A stretch of 64,000 nucleotides of DNA from an uncultured Candidatus Rokubacteria bacterium. Lineage in GTDB: Bacteria > Methylomirabilota > Methylomirabilia > Rokubacteriales > CSP1-6. The position numbers and the translations under genes were made by a program. Under the pieces are notes generated by a model that searched no databases, had not been told where the DNA came from, and saw nothing but the letters and a program-made list of their open reading frames with translations. Below, piece after piece: positions 1-10,078 of the stretch. The stretch spans positions 608,001-672,000 of the forward strand of contig CAVXJS010000021.1 of assembly GCA_963762145.1 (NCBI GenBank). Reading direction: 5' to 3'. The number at the start of each line of letters is the position of its first letter. The stretch's first letter is position 1.

Positions 1-200
1 AGGCCCGCGGCGAGCTTCTCCAGCACCACCGCGGTCGGGCTGCTCTCCCCGCGCTCGATCACCGAGATCATCGAGCGGCTCACGCCGCTCTTGGCGGCCA
101 GCGCATCCAGCGAGAGGCCCCGCGCGGCCCGCAGGTCGCGCACCCGTTCCGCGATGCGCTCGTTCAGGTCCGACCCGGCTTCCGATCTCGCTTCCTTCAT
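1..200 (-). CDS. XRE-family HTH transcriptional regulator (runs off window edge)
   Basis: Manual translation from ATG at 200: MKEARSEAGSDLNERIAERVRDLRAARGLSLDALAAKSGVSRSMISVIERGESSPTAVVLEKLA, a typical HTH_3; not in ORF track. Confidence 0.9.
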   Translation of the reverse strand, partial: MKEARSEAGSDLNERIAERVRDLRAARGLSLDALAAKSGVSRSMISVIERGESSPTAVVLEKLAAG

Positions 201-228
201 GATGGACACACTATCCATCATGCTGGAT
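193..228. promoter_or_regulatory. Putative autoregulatory operator of the XRE regulator
   Basis: Perfect inverted repeat CATGATGGA (198-206) / TCCATCATG (214-222), two TCC-N-TGGA boxes overlapping the start codon. Confidence 0.5.
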
Positions 229-260
229 ACCCTCGTCAAGCCCCGGCCGCCGCTCCCCGG

Positions 261-1082
261 TCAGCGCTCGCTGGTGATCACGTAAGCCTGCATCTTGCCG
301 TCCACCTCGCCCCGGCCGAACCGCCGGCCGAGCGCGTCCGCCGTGACCTCGGTCGCTTCCTCGAGCCGCGCGGCGTCGCGCGCCTCGATCTCGCTCCGCA
401 GCGGGGTGCCCTGGCAGTACGCGATCGCGGGGTCCCGCGGCGACGGTGCCCGGCTCCGCGCGGCCAGGGTGACGATCTCCGGCGGCGCCACGAAGCCGCC
501 GCCGGCCAGATCCTGCGCGATCTGCGCCGGCACGTGATAGCCGTGGGGCGTGCGCGCCAGGAACCGGGGCGGATCCGCGGGAAACAGCGGGGCCAGCGCG
601 GCGGTCACGACGTCCGCGAACTCGTTCTCCTCGATCCGATCCCAGACATTGAAGAGCAGCACGCCCCCGGGACGGAGCACGCGGTGCGCCTCCGAGAACG
701 CCCTGGCCTTGTCGGGGAAGAACATGACCCCGAACTGGCACACCACCGCGTCGAACGCACCGTCGGGGAAAGGCAGCTGCATGGCGTCCGCCTGACGCCA
801 TTCCACCGGCCGCCGGGTTCCGAGGGCCGCCGCCTGATCGAGCATCGGCTGATTCAGGTCCGTGGCCACGATCGCGGCGCGCTCGGGCAACCCGGCTGCC
901 AGCGCGCGCGTCACGACGCCGGTGCCGGCGGCCACCTCGAGCACGCGGCCGGGCGATCGCGCCGCGAGCCGCCGCGCCAGGTCCGCCGCGTACGGCTCGA
1001 AGAGCAACGGGACCAGATACCGCTCGTAGAACTTCGGGATCGATCCTGCGAAGACCTTGTCGGCACCCGCCCCCGTCGTCAT
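261..1082 (-). CDS. Class I SAM-dependent methyltransferase
   Basis: VLEVAAGTG motif I, ADAMQLPFPDGAFDAVVCQFG, VLRPGG. Confidence 0.9.
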   Translation of the reverse strand: MTTGAGADKVFAGSIPKFYERYLVPLLFEPYAADLARRLAARSPGRVLEVAAGTGVVTRALAAGLPERAAIVATDLNQPMLDQAAALGTRRPVEWRQADAMQLPFPDGAFDAVVCQFGVMFFPDKARAFSEAHRVLRPGGVLLFNVWDRIEENEFADVVTAALAPLFPADPPRFLARTPHGYHVPAQIAQDLAGGGFVAPPEIVTLAARSRAPSPRDPAIAYCQGTPLRSEIEARDAARLEEATEVTADALGRRFGRGEVDGKMQAYVITSER

Positions 1083-1083
1083 A

Positions 1084-1860
1084 TCACGCCACGAGCTCGA
1101 TGCTGACGACGCCCAGGCGGGCAAATCTGGCCCGGATCGCATCGCCGGGCTTCGGGCGCAGCATCTTCGAGATGGCACCGGACATGACCACGTCTCCGGC
1201 CTTCAACGCGAGGCCTCGGCTGGCGAGATGGTTGGCGAGCCAGGCGAGGGCGTTCAACGGATTGCCCATCACCTCCGCCGCGGTGTAGGTCCCGACGACT
1301 TCGCCGTTGTGCTCGTACACGACTTCCTCCCGCGCCAGATCGAGCTCCTGGATCGGCACGAGCGGGCTCCCCAGCGCGATGGCCTTGCCAATGACGGTAT
1401 TGGCGATGAAATCTGCCGCGCCGGGCTTCCCGGAGTACATGAAATCAAGCAGCTCGAGCGCGGGCACCGCGCTCTCCACCGCGAGCAGTGCGGTGGCGGC
1501 GGTGACCCTGGGCCCGACCAGCTCGGTGCGCATCCTGAAGGCCACCTCGGCCTCCACCCGCAAGTCGGCGAATCCGCTGACCGACACCGCGGCGCCGCTG
1601 GCGTACTGACCCGGTAGCAGAAAGCCGGAGGCTGGCTCCTGGAGTCCCATGACGGCCTGGCCGGACGGGCTCGTAGCCCCCAGCTTCCATCCGATCGTTC
1701 GCTCTCCGCGCTGTTCCAGCTTCTCGCGGAGGGCGTCCTGGATCGCGTAGGCGTGCTCGAGCGTGAACTCGCCCATCGTCTCCGAGAGAGGGGCCAGCAC
1801 TCGACGGCTGGATCGGGCATCGACCAGGCGCTGGACGGCTGCCGGAACCGAGACGGTCAT
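1084..1860 (-). CDS. 2-keto-4-pentenoate hydratase / FAH-family protein
   Basis: GWKLGATS, RVEAEVAF, VMGNPLNALAWLAN, LKAGDVVMSG. Confidence 0.9.
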   Translation of the reverse strand: MTVSVPAAVQRLVDARSSRRVLAPLSETMGEFTLEHAYAIQDALREKLEQRGERTIGWKLGATSPSGQAVMGLQEPASGFLLPGQYASGAAVSVSGFADLRVEAEVAFRMRTELVGPRVTAATALLAVESAVPALELLDFMYSGKPGAADFIANTVIGKAIALGSPLVPIQELDLAREEVVYEHNGEVVGTYTAAEVMGNPLNALAWLANHLASRGLALKAGDVVMSGAISKMLRPKPGDAIRARFARLGVVSIELVA

Positions 1861-1918
1861 GGACGCTGCCTTGCCTGCCTCATGAGTTTCCTCCTCCGGC
1901 GAGTAGCGCCATGAGCGA

Positions 1919-2926
1919 TCACTGGACGACGTAGTCCGCCCGCTGCAGCAGCGCCGGCGGGATCGTGAGGCCGAGCACCCTAGCCGTCTTCAGGTTGATC
2001 GCCAGCTCGAACTTCGTCGGCGCCTCCACGGGCAGCTCCGCGGGGTTCGCGCCGGTGAGGATCCGGTGAACGTAGGTGGCGCTGCGACGATACAGATCGC
2101 GCCGGTCGGTGCCGTACGACATGAGGCCGCCGGCGTCCACGAACTCCCGGCGGCCGTAGATGGCAGGGAGCCGGCTCATCGACGCGAACTCTAATATGCG
2201 CGCCCGGTACGTGAACATCAGCAGGTCCTCCACCGCGATGAGCGCGTCGACCTGGCCCAGCAGCCCTCGCTCGAATAGCTGTTCGAACGACTCGGATCGC
2301 TGTACCTCGAGGCTCGTGAGCTGGATCCCCATGGCCCGGGCCGCCTTCTCCGTGTCTCTCACGATCGGCGGCGAGTAGAGATCGCCCGGATTCCAGAGGA
2401 TGCTGATTCGCGACGCCCCGGGCACCGCCTCCGCGAGCAGCCGCAGCCGTCGCCCGCCCAGATCGGGCGGGCCCGCGGTGTGCAGCCCGGTGACATTGCC
2501 ACCCGGCCGCTTCAGGCTGGCCACGAGACCCTCGAACACCGGGGCGCCGCCCGATGCCATCACGATCGGGATCGTTCGCGTGGCCTGCCTGGCCGTCAGC
2601 GTCGCGGCGGTTCCGCTCGTCACGATCACGTCGACCTCGAGCCGGACCAGCTCGGTCGCGAGGTCCAGGAACCGCTCGGGGCGGCCATCCGCCGAGCGGT
2701 ACTCGATCACCACGTTCTGCCCCTCCGTGTAGCCCTGCTCCGCCAGTCCCTGGCGGAACGCGCCGAGGTTCGCCGAGTTCGACGCCGCGTCGACGAGCTC
2801 CAGCATCCCGATGCGGTATCCCTTCGCCGCCGGCTGCGCCTGGGGCGTGACCGGCGCGGCGAGCACGAGGACCGCCGCGACCAGGCCCTTGAGCCCGGTC
2901 AGCCACCCGTCAGGCCGGTGTGGCAA
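1919..2926 (-). CDS. ABC transporter substrate-binding protein (ABC_sub_bind type)
   Basis: Signal peptide, [40 protein letters not shown]. Confidence 0.9.
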   Translation of the reverse strand: MPHRPDGWLTGLKGLVAAVLVLAAPVTPQAQPAAKGYRIGMLELVDAASNSANLGAFRQGLAEQGYTEGQNVVIEYRSADGRPERFLDLATELVRLEVDVIVTSGTAATLTARQATRTIPIVMASGGAPVFEGLVASLKRPGGNVTGLHTAGPPDLGGRRLRLLAEAVPGASRISILWNPGDLYSPPIVRDTEKAARAMGIQLTSLEVQRSESFEQLFERGLLGQVDALIAVEDLLMFTYRARILEFASMSRLPAIYGRREFVDAGGLMSYGTDRRDLYRRSATYVHRILTGANPAELPVEAPTKFELAINLKTARVLGLTIPPALLQRADYVVQ

Positions 2927-3231
2927 GCTTCAAGCCGACTATTCCAGCGATGATGAGCGCCACGCTGATCAGCCGCCCGGCATTGGCGGACTCTCCCAGC
3001 AGCACGATCCCGAGGATCACGGTACCGACCGAGCCCACACCCACCCAGATGCTGTACGCGGTGCCCACCGGAAGGGACTTCATGGCAACGCCCAGGAGCC
3101 ACAGACTGACGACCATCGCCAGGACCGTCCAGACGCGTGGGCCACAATCGCGTGAACCCTTCCGTGTACTTCAATCCGATGGCCCAGCCGACCTCGAACA
3201 ACCCCGCCAGCACGAGAATGATCCAGGCCAT
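2910..3231 (-). CDS. sugE: SMR efflux transporter SugE/Gdx (one frameshift, likely sequencing error)
   Basis: [32 protein letters not shown] continues in another frame as [16 protein letters not shown]. Confidence 0.85.
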
Positions 3232-3248
3232 ATCGCGATCTCTTCCTT

Positions 3249-3722
3249 TCACACCGGCTTGCGCATCGTGATGCTCGTCGGCCGATCGAATCCGGGGTGG
3301 GCGGACTCGGCGACCTTGCCAAACCCGAGCGCGGCAAACGTCTCGTGGTTCTCGATCAGCTCGATGCGGGTCTCGAGCTCGAGGAACGGCCGTCCGTGCG
3401 CGCGAGCGAGCGCCTCGGCGGCCTCCATGATCCTGCGCGCCACGCCCCGGCGCCTGACCGTCGCATCCACCGCGAGCTTGCCCACGTACACGCAATCCTC
3501 GCGCAGGGAGGCGAACCCGCAGCCGACGAGGCGCTGGCCCTCGAGCGCGAGGATCAGGGCTTCCTCCCGGGCCTTCTCCTCGAGCTGCGCGACGTCCATG
3601 CGCAGCAGCGACGAGGGCGGATCGATCCGTGATTCCATGTAGGCGTAGGCCGAGCGCAGCAGCGCGAGCAGGCCCGTCCAGTCCGAGAATCGCGGCGGCG
3701 ACACCACGACCCGCACACTCAC
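3249..3722 (-). CDS. GNAT N-acetyltransferase
   Basis: [21 protein letters not shown] acetyl-CoA motif; GTG start overlaps upstream stop. Confidence 0.85.
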   Translation of the reverse strand: MSVRVVVSPPRFSDWTGLLALLRSAYAYMESRIDPPSSLLRMDVAQLEEKAREEALILALEGQRLVGCGFASLREDCVYVGKLAVDATVRRRGVARRIMEAAEALARAHGRPFLELETRIELIENHETFAALGFGKVAESAHPGFDRPTSITMRKPV

Positions 3723-4078
3723 TCGCTCAGGATCTTGTCCGCCCACTCGATGAGCTGAACGAGGATGGTGGGGTTCGCGAAGGACGCTTTCTTCCCCGCC
3801 AGATCGCTCTCGAGGACTCCCCGAGCCCTCGAACAGGCCCCTCACACGTGGATCGCGATCCCGTGGCCCACCGTCGCGCGGAGGGTCTCGGCCAGCGGCG
3901 GCCAGCCCACCGGCACCACCGCGTTGGCGACCGGATCGCGCATCAGCGAGACGGCCTCGCCGAGCAGGAATATCTGAGCCGCGTGGCCGCCCTCCGCCAG
4001 GGCGTTGGCGTGCAGGAACGGGAACACGGCCTTGGTCGGATCGTCGGAGCCCCAGGCGCTCTTCAGCAGGATCTTCAC
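3719..4078 (-). CDS. DsrE-like protein with in-frame UGA (probable selenocysteine, UxxC)
   Basis: Reading through TGA 3844-3842 gives ...[13 protein letters not shown]...[11 protein letters not shown], completing the DsrE fold; G-rich hairpin 3810-3832 follows. Confidence 0.8.
3810..3832 (-). promoter_or_regulatory. Candidate bacterial SECIS element
   Basis: UCGAGGGCU-CGGGG-AGUCCUCGA 9-bp stem starting 9 nt after the UGA, G-containing loop 18 nt downstream. Confidence 0.6.
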
Positions 4079-4095
4079 GCTCGCCTCGTGCCCGC

Positions 4096-4851
4096 CTAGA
4101 CCCGGACCGGTTCGTGCGCCTTCAGGAAGCGCCGCGCGTGCTCCACGACCTCGTCGATGTGCTCCGGCGAATCCTTCCAGGGATAGATGGTCACCTCGGA
4201 CTTCGGGGCGAGGCTGGCCACCTCCATGGCGACCTTGTACGGGTGCGCGGGCACGTCGTCCGGCGCGATCAGCAACGGGGTCTGGATGGAGCGCACGAAG
4301 TCGCGCGACACGGTGAACACGAAGTCGGCCCGGTTGGTGTACATGCTGGTGAGGAAATCATGGACCATGGCCATCGTGACGTCGGAGCGCTTCTCGCACA
4401 GCGCGGGTCCCCAGCCCTTGATGTTGTTCTGGTAGAACAGGTCGCGCATCTCGGGCCGGGAGCCGCTCGGCTGCATCATCGCGGCCGCGACGACGCGCTC
4501 CGGAGCCCGCCGGATGAGGTTGTGGATCATCGGCCCGCCGATGCAGAAGCCCATGACCAGGAACTCCCGGATGCCGAGGTGGTCCATCAGCCCGAGCTGG
4601 TCGTCGGTGTAGGCATCCCAGGGTCGGTCGATCTCCAGGGGTCCGCTGGATCGGCCGGGGTTGGCGTTGCGCAGGTCGGCGCAGATACAGCGGAAGTCGT
4701 CCTTGTACCGCTCCATCGGGTTGAAGGGCGAGGCGGTCTGCCAGGATGACAGGGCCGAGTTGAGCCCGCCGCCCGGGATCAGCAGCAGGGGGAACCCGGA
4801 ACCAACCTCTTCGTAGTGGATGCGGACGGGGCCTCTCTCGTAGAACGGCAT
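4096..4851 (-). CDS. Alpha/beta fold hydrolase
   Basis: GFPLLLIPGGG, GFCIGG nucleophile elbow (Cys), DDVPAHP. Confidence 0.85.
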   Translation of the reverse strand: MPFYERGPVRIHYEEVGSGFPLLLIPGGGLNSALSSWQTASPFNPMERYKDDFRCICADLRNANPGRSSGPLEIDRPWDAYTDDQLGLMDHLGIREFLVMGFCIGGPMIHNLIRRAPERVVAAAMMQPSGSRPEMRDLFYQNNIKGWGPALCEKRSDVTMAMVHDFLTSMYTNRADFVFTVSRDFVRSIQTPLLIAPDDVPAHPYKVAMEVASLAPKSEVTIYPWKDSPEHIDEVVEHARRFLKAHEPVRV

Positions 4852-4897
4852 GGCGACTCTCCTCTCTGAGCGGGTTGGCGTTACTCTACCTCACCTC

Positions 4898-5167
4898 TCA
4901 CGGCTGGTACGGCGCCTCGGACCGGGGCGCATGAGGCAGCTGCTCGTCCAGAGACTGGCGATAGCTCAGGCATCCCCGCAGGAACTCCGGCCACGTGGGG
5001 ACCGTCGGCACGGGATCCGTCTTCTCGGGTAGGAGGCCCCAGAGATCCGGGTGATGCCAACAAAGATCGTGTCCGGTGCTGTCTCGGTGCGTCCGGATCC
5101 CCGCGCGCAGCCGTCTGGCCTCGTCAATCAGCCGCTCGCGCGTCATGCCCTCGAGATCCTCGTCCAT
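4898..5167 (-). CDS. Conserved hypothetical protein
   Basis: 89 aa ORF, HRDSTGHDLCWHHPDLWGLLPE motif, tightly packed. Confidence 0.7.
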   Translation of the reverse strand: MDEDLEGMTRERLIDEARRLRAGIRTHRDSTGHDLCWHHPDLWGLLPEKTDPVPTVPTWPEFLRGCLSYRQSLDEQLPHAPRSEAPYQP

Positions 5168-5173
5168 CGAGCG

Positions 5174-5554
5174 CTATTCAACGATCTTCCAGTAAGAGTC
5201 CTTGCGTAGGACCTTCCCGCCACGGAACTCCCAGTGATCGCACCCTCGGACCTCTACCTTGCGGCCATCCTTCGTCGTACCGGTCAGCAACCACTCTGAT
5301 ACGCCCATGCTGCCCGACACCCAGTGTCGATCGTCGCCATAGTGCACGTCAGGAGTCGCTTCGAACCTCATCGCCAGGCCCTTGCGCACCCCATCCTTTC
5401 CGGTGAAGCGAGTGCCCCACGGCTTACTGCCCCTCGGCATGTCCAGCGATGAGTCCTCGGCAAAGTAGCCCATGATCTTGTCCAGGTCGTGGGCATTGAA
5501 TGCCGCGGCCAGCTCGAGAAGCAGCTGATAATTGGCCTCTTCCTCGTTCGTCAT
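5174..5554 (-). CDS. SnoaL-like / NTF2 family protein
   Basis: AAFNAHDLDKIM, GVSEWLLTGT, VRGCDHWEF, KDSYWK. Confidence 0.85.
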   Translation of the reverse strand: MTNEEEANYQLLLELAAAFNAHDLDKIMGYFAEDSSLDMPRGSKPWGTRFTGKDGVRKGLAMRFEATPDVHYGDDRHWVSGSMGVSEWLLTGTTKDGRKVEVRGCDHWEFRGGKVLRKDSYWKIVE

Positions 5555-5598
5555 AGTCGCTCTTGTCCTCTCTGGGTTTCGACCGCCGGTCTGACCCC

Positions 5599-6129
5599 TT
5601 ATCGAACACGCCTTGCCCGGTCGAGGAACGCCTCCATCCGTACCTTTTCATCCTCCATGTCCTCCCTCGACCAAGAGGAGCCGGACTCAAAGGTGGCGCC
5701 GTCGGACATCTTGACCATCAGAGTATAGCTGGGAGGACCATCGCTCCACTCATGGGCCCGCACATGGACGCTCTCGAGCGAAGACAGCGGAAGCACCCGC
5801 GTCCGATGTGGAACGACCGGCGCCCCCGTCGAGTACGTGAACGTCGCACGCGCCGCATCGAGGGTCATCCGGGAGCTCAGCCCCGCGACCGCGGCGAATA
5901 CCAGCAACGCGCTCAGCGCGACCGCCCCCGCCGAGATGATCGCCGCGAACAGAAACGCGGGGTGCCGGTAGTCGTTCCATTGGACACGCCATATTAGCTC
6001 GTATGGTGCGAGCAGCGGAATCAAGGCGAGCAACGCAAAGAGGAGCCGCTTCCCGGGCGGCATCGGCGAGAAGACATCGAGACGCTCGTCGGTCTCGGAG
6101 ACCTGGATCCTGGATGCCCCGCTCATCAT
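5599..6129 (-). CDS. Hypothetical membrane protein
   Basis: Two hydrophobic segments; ATGA overlap with upstream gene. Confidence 0.65.
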   Translation of the reverse strand: MMSGASRIQVSETDERLDVFSPMPPGKRLLFALLALIPLLAPYELIWRVQWNDYRHPAFLFAAIISAGAVALSALLVFAAVAGLSSRMTLDAARATFTYSTGAPVVPHRTRVLPLSSLESVHVRAHEWSDGPPSYTLMVKMSDGATFESGSSWSREDMEDEKVRMEAFLDRARRVR

Positions 6130-6930
6130 TGCCGCGAGTCGAGGAACTCCTCGATCAGGCGTGCGGTCAGCTCGGGGTAGCGGGTGTCCGTCTGCGTCAT
6201 CACGACCTCGCCAAGATAGTCCCCATGTCCACCGGGCAACACCAGCAGGCGCGCACCTGAAATCAGCCGAGTCAGCTCGACGGCATGCTCGAGCTTCACG
6301 ATGTCCCGGTCTCCAAGGACGATCAACGTCGGCGCACTCACCGAGCGCACCATATCATCCGGCACATCCTTGAAGTTCTGCATCCTCGCCGCGTCTTTGT
6401 CGTGCATGGTCTTGAGTTGCCGCGCATCCGGGTTCACCCGCAGGAACGCGTCCTTGAGCAGCTTGTGGCATATTCGAGAAGTCGGCCTGCTTCATGAATT
6501 CCCAGAGCTGGGGCTGAGCGCCGGCCTTCTTTGTGATCGACGAAGCAAAGACCAGCCTTCGAACCAGCTGCGGATGCCGTATGGCGACCTGGAGCGCGAC
6601 GCTGGCGCCGTTGCTGAAGCCCAGGATGTCGGCCTTTTCGACTTTCAGATAACGAAGTAAGGCCGCAACGTCGTCCGCGGAGGCTTCGAAGGTAACTGGT
6701 GCCTCGCGATCGCTCGTTCGGCCGTGCCCCTGTTCCTCCACCGCGATCACCCTTCGGCTCCTGGCCAGAACCGGAAGCGCTCTGCCGAACGTGACCTCGA
6801 TGGTCGACCCACCGCCGTGAAGCAGGACCAGCGGCACGCCGTCTCTGCGCCCGTGCACCTCATAGTACATGTTGATGCCGTTGACGGGCGCATGGCCGCT
6901 CTCCAGCGCCTTCGCTTGCGGGGTTGACAT
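6126..6930 (-). CDS. Alpha/beta hydrolase (frameshift ~6465)
   Basis: PLVLLHGGG, GFSNGA elbow; C-terminal half PTLIVLGDRD...LPGGHG in other frame. Confidence 0.8.
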
Positions 6931-6938
6931 GTTATGCG

Positions 6939-7887
6939 CTAGTCGCGTGCTGAATACCAGTCCAGCACCCGTAGGGCGCGGAGCGTGTTCCAGCGGCTGG
7001 GCTTTCCTGCCCCGCCTTCCATGTCGAGCTGGACCGGATCGGGGTGGTGCTCGTGAAGCGCCCATCGTCCGTCCTGATTCCGTCTGCTGGTCACGAGACC
7101 GACCGCCTCGGCAACGCGCTCGTCCGGCTCGACGCCGGCGGCGCGCAAGTAGTCCAGGCCCCTGAGCACGTCGTAGTGCCACGTGGGCGGGAACGCGAAC
7201 CGCGTCCAGTCGTGATTGCCCTTTCGGTCCATGACCACCTCACCGGTTGACAGCCTCCGGAACAAGCGACGCGTCAGGAGGTACTCCTGGGCCCGGCCCC
7301 GCGCGTCCGTCACCGGCGGCCATGGCGCCTCTGGTCTTCTCGTACGCCAGGAGCCCTTCGAGGACGCAGATCGTGGTGTGGAACGACGACCGCACGGAGC
7401 CGCGCTCCGCCTCGCAGTTCCAGCCGCCGTCCGCGAGCTGCTCGCCCAGGAGCCGATCGAGCAGCCGATCGCTCGTCTCACCGAAGTAGGCGCCGAGCGC
7501 CAGGACCCGGCCGTTGATGCAGGGCTCGACCTCGCCCTCGAAGAACGGCGAGTCCCCGAACTCCGACCCCCAGGTGACCTGCTCGCGCACGAGCCCCACG
7601 GCCCTGCGGGCTCGCTCGCTCGTCGGGTCGAGACCCATATCCCGCAGCAGCACCAGGGTGCACAGGGTGGACTGCCAGTGCGGTGCGGCGATGCCATCAC
7701 CCCACTTGCCGTCCGGCCGCTGACGGTCGAGCAGCCGGGAACCCCAACCCTCGGCGGCGACCCGCGCTCGTTCACCGGCAACGGCCTCGTCGGGCTCGCC
7801 GCAGAGGTCGCGCATGACCTGCCAGCAAATCGAAGGGTCCGAATCGAGCAGCCAGGGTATGACCGATTCCCTCGGCTCCGGGATCAA
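6939..7887 (-). CDS. Prenyltransferase/squalene-cyclase-repeat-like protein (frameshift ~7320)
   Basis: WLLDSDPSICWQVMRDL, QLADGGWNCE, SFHTTICVLEGL; FPPTWHYDVLRGLDY...PSRWNTLRALRVL in second frame. Confidence 0.75.
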
Positions 7888-8225
7888 GATTTGTTCAAGG
7901 CGACGGCGGCCCGGATGAGAGCCTTCAGAGCCGCCCGGTCCAGCTTGTCGCCTTCGTGGAAGTCGATGGCGCGCCTGGTGTTGCCCTCGAGACTGGAATT
8001 GAAGAGGCCGGAAGGGTCCTTCAGGAAGGCGCCCTTGGCGAAGGTCATCTTCACGACCTTCTTGTACGCCTCGCCGGTACAGATCAGCCCGTTGTGCGAC
8101 CAGACCGGAGTCCCTCTCCACTTCCGCTCCTCGGTCACTTCGGGGTCCGCCTCCTTGATCACGGCGCGGAGCCGGGAGAGCATCTCGCCCCTCCAGTCGT
8201 CTCCCTTCGGCCTGCTCTTCTTCAT
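7884..8225 (-). CDS. DUF1801 domain protein
   Basis: EADPEVTEERKWRGTPVW, DPSGLFNSSLEGNTRRAID. Confidence 0.85.
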   Translation of the reverse strand: MKKSRPKGDDWRGEMLSRLRAVIKEADPEVTEERKWRGTPVWSHNGLICTGEAYKKVVKMTFAKGAFLKDPSGLFNSSLEGNTRRAIDFHEGDKLDRAALKALIRAAVALNKS

Positions 8226-8879
8226 GCTTTCACCTGGCGCCTGAACACGACATGGGTAGCCTTCTCCGAAGCCACATGCTCGACGCAGTCGTATCCCAGG
8301 GCGCGCAAGTCGACGCCTTCGAACAGCCGCTCGCCCTCGGCCCAACAGGATCGGAGCTATGGCCACGTGCATCTCATCGATGAGGCCTGCGCGAAGGTAC
8401 TGCTGGATGGTATTCGCGCCACCCCCAACCCGTACATCCATCCCGTTCGCTGCCTTACGGGCCCGGTCCAGCGCGTCCTGAACGCCGCCGGTGACGAAGT
8501 GGAACGTTGTCCCGCCTTCCATCTCAACCGGCGGCCGCGCGTGGTGAGTCAAGATGAAGACCGGAACGTGGTAGGGCGGGTTGTCGCCCCACCAACCTCT
8601 CCAGTTCATGTCGGGCCAGGGCCCCCGTATCGGACTGAACATGTTCCTTCCGAGAATCCACGCGCCGATGCCCGTGACTCCACGTGCCGCGAAGTCGTCA
8701 TCGATCCCGGTTGTGCCGTCCTCGGCCCCGAACAGGAGACGCTGGAACGTGCGCGTCGGAAGGGCCCACTGATGCAGATCTTCCCCGCCCACGCCGAGGG
8801 GATTGTCGATGCCTTGGCCGGGGCCAGCCCCGTATCCGTCAAGTGATATGGTAAAGCTCTCCACTCGGACTCGAGTCAT
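8222..8879 (-). CDS. Dihydrofolate reductase / RibD C-terminal family protein (frameshift ~8335)
   Basis: ISLDGYGAGP, GAWILGRNMF, GGANTIQQYLRAGLIDEMHVAIAP. Confidence 0.85.
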
Positions 8880-8905
8880 CTCAACCTCTTGTCAAGAGAC
8901 AGAAC

Positions 8906-9124
8906 ATGAACGAACACACGCCCATGAAACACGGCACCCTTTCTATCACACGACAGATCAATGCACCCCGCGAGTTGGTGTATGAAGCCTGGACGACACT
9001 TGAACATAGGAGACACTGGTTTGTTGGGCCGGCCTGGACCGAAATAGAAAGAAGCGTAGATTTAAAGGTGGGCGGACGAGAGATTGCGCATGGCCCAAGG
9101 ACACATCCGCCGCAACCGAGCTAA
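8906..9124 (+). pseudogene. Truncated SRPBCC/AHSA1-like gene, opposite to array orientation
   Basis: LSITRQINAPRELVYEAWT..RRHWF..SVDLKVGG, then breaks off; AT-richer than flanks. Confidence 0.6.
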
Positions 9125-9259
9125 CCTATACCGAGCAAGCGTTCTTCTTGGCCGGAGACTATGGAGCCGAGTCTCGCGAGAAGGGCACCAATGGGCTTCT
9201 GGACCAATTTGCGTCCTACCTAGGAACACTGCGTCGAACCGGACCACGCACATAGCTCG

Positions 9260-9736
9260 CTAGGCATCACGCACGTCGAGACGGATCTGCGCGCCAGGAG
9301 GGAGATCCTTTATCTGCCTCCCCACATCGCCGCTCACCGCAAGCCACTCCAGCCGCGACTTGATGGTCATGTTCTCGACGTCATATGCCCCTCCGAGGAC
9401 CGGCCAGATCTTGAACCCATAGCATTGTCCCTCCCCCAGTGGTCTAAGCGCCGGCTCCGCCACCTCGATCCATGCATCGCCGGCCCAGTCGGTCTGAAAC
9501 TCCTGATCTGCCCACAGCTCGGGGATTGCCGATTCCGATTCGGCTACTTTCGCGGCCGTCACATCCTCGGGACACACGCGCCAGATGCTCCCATCGCTGA
9601 GCTCGACCAGCACGTTTCCAAAGGAATTTTGCGCCAGTACGCGGGTCGCCTCGGCCAACAAGGCCCACGACCACCTCGTCCGCAACACTTCGAGGACCGC
9701 AGGCACCTGTGCGGGGCTCTCCAACCAGTGGAGCAC
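9260..9736 (-). CDS. DUF1851/Tdi1-like immunity-type domain protein (N-terminus chimeric)
   Basis: NSFGNVLV..DGSIWRVCPE, GQCYGFKIWPVLGGAYDVEN, GDVGRQIKDLPPG. Confidence 0.65.
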   Translation of the reverse strand: MLHWLESPAQVPAVLEVLRTRWSWALLAEATRVLAQNSFGNVLVELSDGSIWRVCPEDVTAAKVAESESAIPELWADQEFQTDWAGDAWIEVAEPALRPLGEGQCYGFKIWPVLGGAYDVENMTIKSRLEWLAVSGDVGRQIKDLPPGAQIRLDVRDA

Positions 9737-9760
9737 ATCGCGATGGTCGCGCTTGGCGGC

Positions 9761-9910
9761 CTACTTCAGGATGGCCAGTTGCGCCCGCTCTCGCCCCGGC
9801 TCACCCGGTTCCGCACCGTAACGATCGAGCGCCTGCATGACCGCCGCTACGTCCGTCTCGCCAAAGAGACGGCGAACCATCGCAAGTACATCTTCGCGCT
9901 TACGGTTCAT
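9761..9910 (-). pseudogene. Internally deleted small hypothetical gene
   Basis: MNRKREDV...ERAQLAILK* then in-frame AAKRDHRDVLHW running into the downstream ORF. Confidence 0.5.
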
Positions 9911-10078
9911 GGTCTCACGAGGGCTCGGGCCGCACTTGCGCCTATGACTTGTGAGCCGAGGCCATGAGCTTTACACGCGGGCACGGCAAGCAACATCACC
10001 TGGAGGCCACAGAGCGCGACGTAACCGTGGCTCGTCCCGAGGCGCGCTCGGGAGTAGAATTCGACCATCGTGTGCGGC

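Noticed and set aside
7884-8879. DHFR-DUF1801 fusion in the ORF track
   Set aside because: Caused by an indel near 8335; the corrected DHFR ends at 8222 with an ATGA overlap onto the DUF1801 start
9761-9763. In-frame TAG as pyrrolysine or amber readthrough
   Set aside because: Not a methylamine methyltransferase context; position fits a deletion junction
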